Shown: positions 1 to 8,994 of the stretch, piece after piece
Numbering within the stretch: position 1 is the stretch's first letter
How the letters are laid out: each line of letters starts with the position of its first letter
Source of the DNA: an uncultured Methanosarcinales archaeon
GTDB lineage: Archaea; Nanobdellota; Nanobdellia; Woesearchaeales; CAYNLP01
Length of the DNA: 64,000 nt
Assembly (NCBI GenBank): GCA_964398115.1
Contig: CAYNLP010000004.1
Span: 1 to 64,000, forward strand
Direction of reading: 5' to 3'
Program-made: the position numbers and the translations under genes
Notes under the pieces: model-generated
Databases searched by the model: none
What the model saw: the letters and a program-made list of their open reading frames with translations, nothing else
Told to the model about the DNA's origin: nothing

Positions 1-138
1 TTGTCTCACGAACATAAAAAATATGCTTGGCTAGAATATGATGAAGCAAAAGAAAGACTTACCTACAAAGACACGGTCAAATTGTTAAAGAAAGCTAGAA
101 AGTTCTTGAAAAAAGAAAATCTAACTCAATATTTTTAA
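1..138 (+). CDS. NUDIX hydrolase (Ap4A hydrolase-like), 3' fragment
   Basis: Frame 1 reads LSHEHKKYAWLEYDEAKERLTY...YF*. LSxEHxxYxW is typical of NUDIX C-termini. Truncated by the window edge. Confidence 0.65.
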   Translation: MSHEHKKYAWLEYDEAKERLTYKDTVKLLKKARKFLKKENLTQYF

Positions 139-165
139 CCATCAAATACTTTTCTCCTATAATAG

Positions 166-795
166 ATGGATTTTGAAAAAGCTAGAGATTCAATGGTTGA
201 AAACCAGTTGAAAAGTAGAGACATCTCAGATGAAAGAGTTCTAAAAGCTTTTAGGAAGGTTCCAAGACATGAATTCGTACCCGAAGATAAGCAAAGAGGA
301 GCTTATAGAGACCATCCCATGCCAATAGGGAAAGGACAGACGATAAGCCAGCCCTACATGGTAGCTTCCATGACCCAACTCCTAAAATTAGAAGGAGATG
401 AAAAAGTGTTAGAAGTAGGTACCGGCAGTGGATATCAAGCTGCAATACTTTCTGAACTCGCAGAAAAAGTGATTTCTATAGAAAGGTATGAAGATTTAGC
501 TGATAAAGCGAGAAATAATTTGGAAAGATTAGGATATGATAACGTCAAAGTTGTTGTGGGAGACGGCACGCAAGGTTATGAAGAAGAAGCGCCTTACAAT
601 GGTATAATCGTCACAGCAGGTGCAAAAAGAGTACCTCCAGCTTTGAAGGATCAATTAGCTGATAAAGGAAGGCTAGTCATTCCAGTAAATCACGGGATAG
701 GACAGCGACTGATGAAGATAACCCGGAAAGATGACACTTACAAGACTGAAAAATACTATGGCTGCAGATTTGTACCACTAGTGGGAGATTATTAA
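166..795 (+). CDS. pcm: protein-L-isoaspartate O-methyltransferase
   Basis: VPRHEFVP, GQTISQPYMVA, VLEVGTGSGYQAA and FVPLVG motifs. Confidence 0.95.
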   Translation: MDFEKARDSMVENQLKSRDISDERVLKAFRKVPRHEFVPEDKQRGAYRDHPMPIGKGQTISQPYMVASMTQLLKLEGDEKVLEVGTGSGYQAAILSELAEKVISIERYEDLADKARNNLERLGYDNVKVVVGDGTQGYEEEAPYNGIIVTAGAKRVPPALKDQLADKGRLVIPVNHGIGQRLMKITRKDDTYKTEKYYGCRFVPLVGDY

Positions 796-808
796 ATTTT
801 GAAACCAA

Positions 809-840
809 TTAATTATTTTCTATATAGATAAAAAATAATT
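809..840 (+). repeat. dispersed AT-rich quasi-palindrome, copy 1
   Basis: TTAATTATTTTCTATATAGATAAAAAATAATT, near-identical to 30032-30060 and to the reverse complement of 25422-25452. Confidence 0.75.
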
Positions 841-886
841 TTTGTAAAGGTAACTTTTAAAAATAACCTATTATTCCAAACCGGAT

Positions 887-1063
887 ATGCCAGAAGAAAA
901 AATAAAGTGCATCTCATGCAAGAACCCACTAGCAAACCAACCAGGTAGTGTAAGATTTCCCTGCCCAGAATGTGCAGACTTTGAAATCAGAAGATGCAAA
1001 CACTGTAGAGAAACTGTGGCAAAATACGAATGTCCAAAATGCGGTTTCGAAGGTCCTAACTAA
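887..1063 (+). CDS. small zinc-ribbon protein (DUF1610/HVO_2753-like)
   Basis: 58 aa MPEEKIKCISC...FPCPEC...RCKHCR...YECPKCGFEGPN with four CxxC. Conserved position upstream of aEF-1beta. Not in the ORF track. Confidence 0.9.
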   Translation: MPEEKIKCISCKNPLANQPGSVRFPCPECADFEIRRCKHCRETVAKYECPKCGFEGPN

Positions 1064-1064
1064 A

Positions 1065-1340
1065 ATGGGAACAGTCTACGTAACTCTCAAAATAATGCCG
1101 GACAGCCCGGAAGCAGACCTAGATGAGATAGAAAGCAGAGCGAAACAAATGATTGAAGACTTCGACGCGAACGTAAGCAGTACAGAACACAACCCAGTAG
1201 CGTTCGGACTAAAAGCCGTTGAAATAATTCTTTCCATGGATGAAGACAAAGGCGACACAGAAGACTTAGAAAAAGAAATTGAAGGCATAGAAGAAGTTCA
1301 AAGTGTTCAAGTAACTGATGTCAGAAGAGCTATTGGTTAA
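1065..1340 (+). CDS. ef1b: archaeal elongation factor 1-beta
   Basis: MGTVYVTLKIMPDSPEADL...PVAFGLKA. Start reassigned to ATG 1065. Confidence 0.92.
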   Translation: MGTVYVTLKIMPDSPEADLDEIESRAKQMIEDFDANVSSTEHNPVAFGLKAVEIILSMDEDKGDTEDLEKEIEGIEEVQSVQVTDVRRAIG

Positions 1341-2991
1341 AACTCGATTCTACAACTACTTCAGCACGTCTCTTCTCAAGAGGATGATCTATAACAACTT
1401 CTTCAAACACTTTATCATCTCGCTCATTAAACAAGAAATACTGAGTGCCATAAACACTAGACATCACTTTATCATTACTTTGCATGTCAAACAACTCCTT
1501 ATCAGTAAACATTTTTATAGAAAACTCATCACCTGGCCTGATCTCAAAAGTAGAACTTTCCGAACCCCTACCACTTTCCTTGTAATTAAACAATTCTAAA
1601 CTAACATTCGCAGGTCCAGAAAACTCAGACTGACTAGGCAAGTCAATAACACCATCTCTAGTCTTAAAATCAACCACTGCACCATCAATACGCCCATTAC
1701 CATTCATATCCACCGCAATTCTATAGTCAGACTCTTCTCCTCCAATGTAAAACTTGAAATCTTTACCTGCAAAATGGATATATCCTTTCGCATTTTCACC
1801 TTCCGTCCCATTATAACCAGCTTCAATCACCAAACCACTTCTAGAAACAAATTCAACTTCATTCTCTACAGGCGTCACCCCTTTGTACTGCAAAGCCGTA
1901 CTCAAACTTTTCGCTTGACGGCTTGGACTACCAGAAGAAAGAACAAAATAATCATCAACTCCAACTTTGTAATCACTTATACCAGTGCTTTCAGAAACGT
2001 GCAAAACACCCTCTTCATCACCCAAACGCCAACCATCTCCGATCAGGAATCCAAGAGGAATTATACTCTCACGCCCCCTTGGACCTGTAATGTATAACTC
2101 TAGCTCGTCACCCTTATTGTTAAAATCTAACTTTGTACGTGGCACATCTACAATACCCTTATACCTTATATCAACTTTATCTGTCAAAACCGTAGGGTCA
2201 CCCAGAAACTCTTGCAAAGAATGATTGAAGGGGATGTAAATGTTATCTCCTTCGTTTTTTGCATCTACTTTTGCAACAACTATTATTTTATCACCTGTCA
2301 TTCTTGAATCCGTATCAGCCAAAGTTTCGCCGTTCAACTTAACGCTACCACCACCAATGACTAATTCATTACCATTATCAACTCCTTCTAACACAACGTC
2401 CTCTTTAGTAGCATCTTTGATAGTATACTTGTAACCCAACAACCAAATTTCTTCATCAATAAAATCTAAAAAACTACCATCAGAAAGAACTAGTTCATAA
2501 CGAAAAATAGGTTCCTCATCCCTGTAAACCAAATAATCACTAACTCTATCCTCTTCATCAGCAGTAAACATCACTCTCCCACCTAACGGTTTCAAAAACT
2601 GTTCATAACTACCCGCCACCCCTTCAACACCTCCTCTAATATTACGACTTTTCAACAAATCAGGAAATTCATACTTACTAAATTCGGGAGCAAACTTTCC
2701 AAGAGTCTGATTCAAACCAACAATTCCATAACCAACAGAAAGTTTATACTGTTCAACTGGAGTAGACAATTGATCCACCGGATTTCTCGGAACATCGCTA
2801 GGAACTCCAGAACTTTCATCCTCCCTATTTTGTTCCTCATAACTTCTAGAAGTTTTGTTAATAACTGGACGCACTTGATCATCCTCATAAGAAGAACTCG
2901 GACTATAATTATGAACAGGAAAAGACTTACTATCACTGCTACAAGCAGTAACACTTAAAACCAATAATAAAACTACAAACCACTTTTTCAT
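1330..2991 (-). CDS. secreted/lipoprotein, S-layer-like beta-rich surface protein
   Basis: Signal with lipobox-like SVTAC and an acidic beta-strand-rich body with a DMNGNG Ca-binding-like motif. The S-layer link is inference. Confidence 0.5.
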   Translation of the reverse strand: MKKWFVVLLLVLSVTACSSDSKSFPVHNYSPSSSYEDDQVRPVINKTSRSYEEQNREDESSGVPSDVPRNPVDQLSTPVEQYKLSVGYGIVGLNQTLGKFAPEFSKYEFPDLLKSRNIRGGVEGVAGSYEQFLKPLGGRVMFTADEEDRVSDYLVYRDEEPIFRYELVLSDGSFLDFIDEEIWLLGYKYTIKDATKEDVVLEGVDNGNELVIGGGSVKLNGETLADTDSRMTGDKIIVVAKVDAKNEGDNIYIPFNHSLQEFLGDPTVLTDKVDIRYKGIVDVPRTKLDFNNKGDELELYITGPRGRESIIPLGFLIGDGWRLGDEEGVLHVSESTGISDYKVGVDDYFVLSSGSPSRQAKSLSTALQYKGVTPVENEVEFVSRSGLVIEAGYNGTEGENAKGYIHFAGKDFKFYIGGEESDYRIAVDMNGNGRIDGAVVDFKTRDGVIDLPSQSEFSGPANVSLELFNYKESGRGSESSTFEIRPGDEFSIKMFTDKELFDMQSNDKVMSSVYGTQYFLFNERDDKVFEEVVIDHPLEKRRAEVVVESSFNQ

Positions 2992-3069
2992 AAATCCAAA
3001 ATTGCCGTTCTTTCTATAAATAATTAACCCGCAATAGTTTTAAATAAACATTTGAATTGGTCAAAAACA

Positions 3070-4833
3070 ATGGTCGACAAGACAAGAAGTCCAATAGTCT
3101 CCGTACTGGGACACGTAGATCACGGAAAAAGCAGCATACTAGATGCAATTAGACAAACCAACATTATAAGCACGGAAGCAGGAGCTATCACACAATCCAT
3201 CGGTGCATCACGAGTCCCACTACAATCCATAAAGGAAAGATGTGGACCTCTTCTCGAAAGACTAAACTTAGACTTCACCATACCCGGCCTTTTATTCATA
3301 GACACTCCAGGACATGCAGCATTCACTAGCTTAAGAAAAAGAGGAGGAGCCCTCGCCGACATAGCAATACTAGTAGTAGACATAAAAGAAGGATTTATGC
3401 CACAAACCATAGAAGCAGTCGAAATATTAAAAGAAACCAGTACGCCATTCGTCATCGCCGCGAACAAGATAGACAGGATAGCCGGTTACGACAAGAAAAA
3501 AGACAGTCTATTAGCAGACATTAAAAGCCAAAGTAAAAACACGCAACAAAAAATCGACGAAAAAATTTACGAAATAGTAGGAGACTTACACGACAACTTC
3601 AAAATGACCTCCGAAAGGTTTGACAGAGTCGACGACTACACCAAAAAAGTCGCGATAGTACCATGTTCTGCAACAGAAAACATAGGAATAGCAGAACTAC
3701 AAATGGTAGTTACAGGAATGGCACAAAGATATCTTGGTGACAAACTCAAAGTAGACGTGAGCGGACCAGCAAAAGGAAGCATCTTAGAAGTGAAAGAACA
3801 ACAAGGACTAGGAACCACGATAGATGTGATCCTTTACGACGGAACATTAGACGTAAACGATACAATAGTCATTGGAGGATTAAACAATCCAATAGTGACC
3901 AAAGTAAGAGCCTTGCTAGAACCCACACCAATGAGTGAAATGAGAGACAAAAAATCCGAGTTCCAAAAAGTAAATAAAGTGACTGCAGCAACCGGAGTAA
4001 AAATAGCAGCTCCAGGACTTGAAAACGTGTTGTCAGGAATGCCCATATTAGAAGCAGATAAGGAAAACCTAGAAGATATTAAAGAACAGGTACAACACGA
4101 AGTAGAAAGCGTATTGGGAGAAACCGAAGATGAAGGACTCGTTGTAAAAGCAGACAGCATCGGAAGCTTAGAAGCACTACTCAAAATGTTAAAGGAAGAA
4201 GAAATACCGGTCGCAAGAGCAAGTGTAGGAGAAATAAATAAGAAAGACATTGCCGCTGCGAGAGGCGCATACGAAGACGATCCATTATTCGGGGCGATTC
4301 TCGGATTCAACGTAAAACAAGTTGACGCACCCGACCATATCAAAGTGATAACCAACGACGTCATATATAGGATAATTCAAGACTACAAAGAATGGAAAGA
4401 AGAAAAAGAAACAGAGATGGAAAAAGAAAAACTCAAAGGACTCAGCAGACCCTGCAAGCTACGCTTCCTTAGAGGCTACGTTTTCAGACAAAACAACCCA
4501 GCCATCATCGGCGTGGACGTCTTACAAGGCAAAGTTAAAGTCGGCACTCCCTTAATGAAACCAGACGGTACACACTTAGGTATTATAAGAACAATGCAAG
4601 AAGAACAAGATAACATACAAGAAGCAGAGAAAGGAATGCAAGTAGCTATAAGCCTGCCCGGCGTGCAAGTAGGAAGGCAGATAGAAGAAGGGGACGTTAT
4701 GATAAGCGCGTTGCCCGAAAATGAATTCAGGCAATTGAAAGAACTCCGTGATTACTTGGATGATGACGAAGTCGAGGTCATGAAAGAACTCGCAAAGATA
4801 ATGAGAGAAGACAATCCAATCTGGGGGATATAA
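3070..4833 (+). CDS. infB: translation initiation factor aIF5B (IF-2)
   Basis: GHVDHGKS, EAGAITQ, DTPGH and NKID motifs, archaeal length. Confidence 0.96.
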   Translation: MVDKTRSPIVSVLGHVDHGKSSILDAIRQTNIISTEAGAITQSIGASRVPLQSIKERCGPLLERLNLDFTIPGLLFIDTPGHAAFTSLRKRGGALADIAILVVDIKEGFMPQTIEAVEILKETSTPFVIAANKIDRIAGYDKKKDSLLADIKSQSKNTQQKIDEKIYEIVGDLHDNFKMTSERFDRVDDYTKKVAIVPCSATENIGIAELQMVVTGMAQRYLGDKLKVDVSGPAKGSILEVKEQQGLGTTIDVILYDGTLDVNDTIVIGGLNNPIVTKVRALLEPTPMSEMRDKKSEFQKVNKVTAATGVKIAAPGLENVLSGMPILEADKENLEDIKEQVQHEVESVLGETEDEGLVVKADSIGSLEALLKMLKEEEIPVARASVGEINKKDIAAARGAYEDDPLFGAILGFNVKQVDAPDHIKVITNDVIYRIIQDYKEWKEEKETEMEKEKLKGLSRPCKLRFLRGYVFRQNNPAIIGVDVLQGKVKVGTPLMKPDGTHLGIIRTMQEEQDNIQEAEKGMQVAISLPGVQVGRQIEEGDVMISALPENEFRQLKELRDYLDDDEVEVMKELAKIMREDNPIWGI

Positions 4834-4835
4834 AA

Positions 4836-5294
4836 ATGAGATTGAACATTTTAAACACGAGAGAAAAACAGGAAATTCTTGAAAAGTTAGAAAAACAATA
4901 CGGTTTTGACAAAGAACTGAATCAAACTTTTCTCAAAAGTAGCAAAGACAAAATCTACATCGTAAGTAGAGATATTGCTAGGATAAACCTAGAAGAATAC
5001 AAGATAGACAGGATAGGAAACTACTTCGCCAGCCTGGACAGCGGAGGGAACTTAAGGCTTAGTATTGAAGGAAGTCAAATAGTAGGTCCACACGCCACTA
5101 AAAATGTCCGTGAAATAAATGATGAAGAATTCAAAAAATGGATTGCAGGAGAAAGCTTAGAAAGCGATGAAAATTGGAGTCCCTTCCAAATAATAAAGTA
5201 TGGCGACGACTTTATAGCATGTGGGAAAGTAGTAGATGGTAAACTAAAAAATTACGTGCCGAAGTCCAGAAGAATAACTAGTGAACTCGCCTAG
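4836..5294 (+). CDS. NIP7/PUA-like RNA-binding protein
   Basis: LRLSIEGSQIVGPHATKN and C-terminal NYVPKSRR resemble archaeal PUA-like ribosome-biogenesis proteins. Confidence 0.65.
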   Translation: MRLNILNTREKQEILEKLEKQYGFDKELNQTFLKSSKDKIYIVSRDIARINLEEYKIDRIGNYFASLDSGGNLRLSIEGSQIVGPHATKNVREINDEEFKKWIAGESLESDENWSPFQIIKYGDDFIACGKVVDGKLKNYVPKSRRITSELA

Positions 5295-5673
5295 TCGGAG
5301 CACTACTTTCAAGAATTCTATCAATCAAACCTTTATTCTGTCTTTTAAGAACCTCTCTATCTGGATTCATTTTTTTCTTAACTCTAATGTGTTCAGCCAT
5401 CATTGCTAGTAAAGAGTCTTCGCTAATTTCTTGAATAGGCATTACTGTTTGGTGTTGTTGAGACGCGCTAGTCACGTAATACAGCTTTCCATCACTCTGG
5501 TTTAAAGAAATATTTCCTTCCATTGGAAGAGTGAAATCACGATAACTGATGAAGTCATCCTCTTCTGATATGTAAACTGGGATGAAAGGAGTTATTTCTG
5601 CCTGTTCTGTTTCTTCCAAACTTTCGTAATAACTGGCGTAAGGTTCTTCAATCATTCTAACTCTGGTCTCCAC
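5278..5673 (-). CDS. hypothetical protein
   Basis: 131-aa ORF overlapping the upstream gene. No motif recognised. Confidence 0.55.
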   Translation of the reverse strand: METRVRMIEEPYASYYESLEETEQAEITPFIPVYISEEDDFISYRDFTLPMEGNISLNQSDGKLYYVTSASQQHQTVMPIQEISEDSLLAMMAEHIRVKKKMNPDREVLKRQNKGLIDRILESSAPTRRVH

Positions 5674-6839
5674 AATGGTAAGCTAAACAAGAAGTCCAGC
5701 GTTCTCTCTTTGTATGTAGTTATATTCTTCTGTTCTTCTGAACTGAGATTTCTTTCACCTTCTAAATCACGGAATCCGTTTCTTCTTCTATGATCGTACA
5801 GTGGATGTCCTCTAGGACCTCTTTCATCTATCAGTGCGTTGTATAAGTCTTTCACATAAACGCTCACGGCTTCTTTATCTCCTACTTTCATCTTTACAGC
5901 GTTAATTCTTTCTTCTTCAGGACTATACCTATAGGTGTCTTTAGGATTCAGAACTATAACTTCTGGCTCATAATTATTTTCTTCCGTACGTTTAATCCTG
6001 GTATGGGCGTGTGTTTTAAGCACCTGCACAATTAAGTCCATAGGGTTTGGTTTTTCACGGTAGGTAGGGTCTTCCGGATTTGCAAAGAGGGCTGTGTCAT
6101 CCGATACTCGGTGTCCCCACTTTGTCACGTACATGAAGCCGGCTATGTCTCCAATTTCTATATTGTGGATAGAAGGTTTGTTGTGAGGAGTGTCTCTATC
6201 TTCTATTTCTTTAAAGTGTTGTCTGCAAAGACTAGCTTCGTGTTCTTCATTTATTATCTCTCTTGCAATTTTATCAGCAATTTTTTCAGGTCTTTTGTCT
6301 TTTTGCTGTAGATATACTAGGTCGTTGTGTGTATGAGTTAGTGAATATACTCCCAGATCAACTTTCTGTCTTTTTCTATGTAGTTCTCCTCCTCTTTCTC
6401 GTCTTTTTTCTATCCTATTTATCACTTCGTAAAGAGGGACTTCAGGCGCTCGAGATGGTAATTCCTTTTGTACACGTCTAGATGTTTCTTCTACGATTTC
6501 ACGATTTCGATCATTGAGAATTTCATCGCTTAGAAGCATTCCGTCTAGCTCGTAATAATTATTAATATTTTGAAAACGTTTACCAAAAGTTTCTAGGTTG
6601 ATACCGAGAAAGTCATTCACTCGATTTCTGAACATATCTCTGTAAGACCTGACTGTTTTAATTTTACCTTCAGTTATTTGTGCAAGTTCTTCTCTTTCCT
6701 CTTCTTCTAAATATTCTTCCAATGTTTTTCCTTTTGGAGCTAATCTTTCTTCTTGTGGTAGCCAGTTAGGATTTGCAGCTCGGACTAGTATATTTGAGAT
6801 ACTTGCCTCTCTTTGTTGTTCTATAGTTTGGAATGTCAT
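5652..6839 (-). CDS. hypothetical protein with degenerate RelA/SpoT synthetase-like motifs
   Basis: 395 aa. KDKRPEKIADKI, IGDIAGF and ERGPRGHPLY occur in the order of the RSH SYNTH motifs. Confidence 0.45.
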   Translation of the reverse strand: MTFQTIEQQREASISNILVRAANPNWLPQEERLAPKGKTLEEYLEEEEREELAQITEGKIKTVRSYRDMFRNRVNDFLGINLETFGKRFQNINNYYELDGMLLSDEILNDRNREIVEETSRRVQKELPSRAPEVPLYEVINRIEKRRERGGELHRKRQKVDLGVYSLTHTHNDLVYLQQKDKRPEKIADKIAREIINEEHEASLCRQHFKEIEDRDTPHNKPSIHNIEIGDIAGFMYVTKWGHRVSDDTALFANPEDPTYREKPNPMDLIVQVLKTHAHTRIKRTEENNYEPEVIVLNPKDTYRYSPEEERINAVKMKVGDKEAVSVYVKDLYNALIDERGPRGHPLYDHRRRNGFRDLEGERNLSSEEQKNITTYKERTLDFLFSLPLWRPELE

Positions 6840-6843
6840 CTTT

Positions 6844-7101
6844 CTACTTTAGAAGGTCTTCGATTGGTGGTTTGTCTTTTTGTTGGTTTTGTTCTCCTTC
6901 ATCTTCGTCTTCGGTTAATTCTTCAGCTTGGGCTTCTAGGTCTACGCCTAGTTCTTTGAGTTCAGAGATGTGCATTTGCATTAGTTGTTCGACTATATTT
7001 AGGATTCTGCCGAGTTCTTGTCTTTCTTTGCTTAGTGTGCTTAGGGCGCCTTTGTGGAATCCTTTTTTTTCTTCTTCGCTCATTTCTTCTGGATCGTCCA
7101 T
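6844..7101 (-). CDS. small acidic helical hypothetical protein
   Basis: 85-aa ORF with a GFHKGALSTLSKERQEL core and an SD-like AGGTGG upstream. Confidence 0.7.
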   Translation of the reverse strand: MDDPEEMSEEEKKGFHKGALSTLSKERQELGRILNIVEQLMQMHISELKELGVDLEAQAEELTEDEDEGEQNQQKDKPPIEDLLK

Positions 7102-7268
7102 GTTGTACCACCTTTTTGTTTTGGAATTTTATGTTATATTTAAGGTTAACTCTTTTAAAAACCTTTCCTTTTTTACCACTATATAATAGTTAAAATATTT
7201 TTGGGTGGGGTGAGCAAGAAAAGTTTATTAATTACCTTTGAGAAGAAACAAGTAAAGGAGGAAAGATA

Positions 7269-8474
7269 GTGAAAAAACTACTGCTAACCATAACTTTCTT
7301 ATTCTTAATAGCAACCATCCAAAAAGCTTCAGCAGTAGCCCTCGGAGTAAACAAAGCCAGCCTCCACTACACCAACGTGTTAAAAGGCGGATACGCCCAA
7401 AAATACGTCACTATAACGACTGACAGCAGAGAAAACATCACACTAGAACACGAATTCACCGGAAACATAACAGAATGGATGAGAATAGAACCACAAAACA
7501 AATCACAACAAATATTCAGCCGAGACAAACCCCTGAGACTAACCGTTATAGCAGAACCCTCCGAAAACCTACCAAACGGTACATACGAAGGTGAACTACG
7601 ACTACTAACAGGAGAATTTGCAAGAACAGAAGGACAATACGGAAGCACACTCAAAGCAAGCTTTTCAGTAGACATAAACGTAGAAATAACAGGCGAACAA
7701 ATACAAAAATGCACAGCAGGAGGATTCGACATCAAAGACACAGAAACAGGCCAACCACTAGAACTACACGCAAGCATACAAAACACAGGAAACGTAAACC
7801 TACAACCACAATTCCAAATAGACATATGGAATAAACAACAAACACAAATAGTCCATACTCAAAACCTCACACTAAACGAAAACCTCCTACCCACCACCCA
7901 AGATACCTTCATAGATCAATTCCAACACGACCTACCCATAGGACAATACTGGGCGCAAATAAGAGAACCTCAATGTGAAAACCAAAAAATGATAACATTC
8001 AACGTACTAGACATAGGTGGAACAACTGACCACGGCAAACTATTAAGAATCGACAATCAACCATGGGCAAACACCGACGACATAATAAGAATCGCAGCCA
8101 TATTCAAAAACACAGGAGAAAGAAGCGTCAACGCCCATTTCAAAGGAACAATAAAGAAAGAAGACCAAGTAGTAGAAGTAATAGAAACAGACCCCCTACA
8201 AGTAGAACCAAGCCAAACACAAGAACTAGAAACATTCTTCAACCCACAACAACCCGGACGATACACAGTAGAAGGAAGAGTCGTCTACAACAACAAACTA
8301 ACCTTCCAAAAATCAAGTATAATAAACGTGAAAGGAGACGTAGGACCCAGAGTAACAGGAAACATCGTAGACAAAGTACTCAAAAACCCCTACCAAGCTG
8401 GAACCATACTAGTATTCACAATAATAGCCATACTACTATTCCTAATCCACAAAGAGAAAAAAAGAAAATACTAA
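7269..8474 (+). CDS. membrane-anchored surface protein with Ig-like/CARDB-type domains
   Basis: Signal peptide, repeated NTG-containing beta-sandwich segments, C-terminal TM helix and basic tail. SD AAGGAGG upstream. Confidence 0.7.
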   Translation: MKKLLLTITFLFLIATIQKASAVALGVNKASLHYTNVLKGGYAQKYVTITTDSRENITLEHEFTGNITEWMRIEPQNKSQQIFSRDKPLRLTVIAEPSENLPNGTYEGELRLLTGEFARTEGQYGSTLKASFSVDINVEITGEQIQKCTAGGFDIKDTETGQPLELHASIQNTGNVNLQPQFQIDIWNKQQTQIVHTQNLTLNENLLPTTQDTFIDQFQHDLPIGQYWAQIREPQCENQKMITFNVLDIGGTTDHGKLLRIDNQPWANTDDIIRIAAIFKNTGERSVNAHFKGTIKKEDQVVEVIETDPLQVEPSQTQELETFFNPQQPGRYTVEGRVVYNNKLTFQKSSIINVKGDVGPRVTGNIVDKVLKNPYQAGTILVFTIIAILLFLIHKEKKRKY

Positions 8475-8475
8475 C

Positions 8476-8994
8476 TCAAGTAAAATGAGGAAGAAAATTT
8501 TCTACAAAATCCTCCTCTAATTCCTCCCTTAAAGTCTCTACCAAATCACTCTTTCCAACAATATTCTCATCAGGAGTCCAAATACCAGCATTATCCCAAG
8601 TCACAGCAAAAAGAGGAAAGTTGGCATCATCCACAAAATAAATTTCATCCTCATAATTTTTCAGAACCTTATTAATACCTCTAGGATAACTAAGACTAGA
8701 ATCATATCTCTTCTCCAACGACTTCCTACAATGAACCCTAAAAACCTGACGAGCTATATCCTCAAAAGCATCCATACGCAAATTCCACAAATAAGTATCT
8801 ATACCAATAGAATCATCCAACAAATCCAACTGTTCCCTAGTAGGATACACAACAATCTCTTTCCCAACTCTTTCTTTATAAATCTCCGAAGGAATCCTCG
8901 CCCTTACCTCCGCATTTTTTCTACCAGTAACAGGCTTATCAACAAAAGACTTAGTACAAATAGGAAGAACCGACTCATACGGGATTTCAACCAT
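8476..8994 (-). CDS. hypothetical protein (possible degenerate PIN fold)
   Basis: 172 aa, overlapping the helicase stop. DDANFPLFAV...IWTPD resembles a PIN C-terminal motif. Confidence 0.5.
   Translation of the reverse strand: MVEIPYESVLPICTKSFVDKPVTGRKNAEVRARIPSEIYKERVGKEIVVYPTREQLDLLDDSIGIDTYLWNLRMDAFEDIARQVFRVHCRKSLEKRYDSSLSYPRGINKVLKNYEDEIYFVDDANFPLFAVTWDNAGIWTPDENIVGKSDLVETLREELEEDFVENFLPHFT

Noticed and set aside
8063..8488. Arg/Gln-rich alternative-frame ORF (likewise 36875-37201 and the many antisense Ser-rich ORFs)
   Set aside because: These are shadow frames produced by the A/C-biased codon usage of the real genes.
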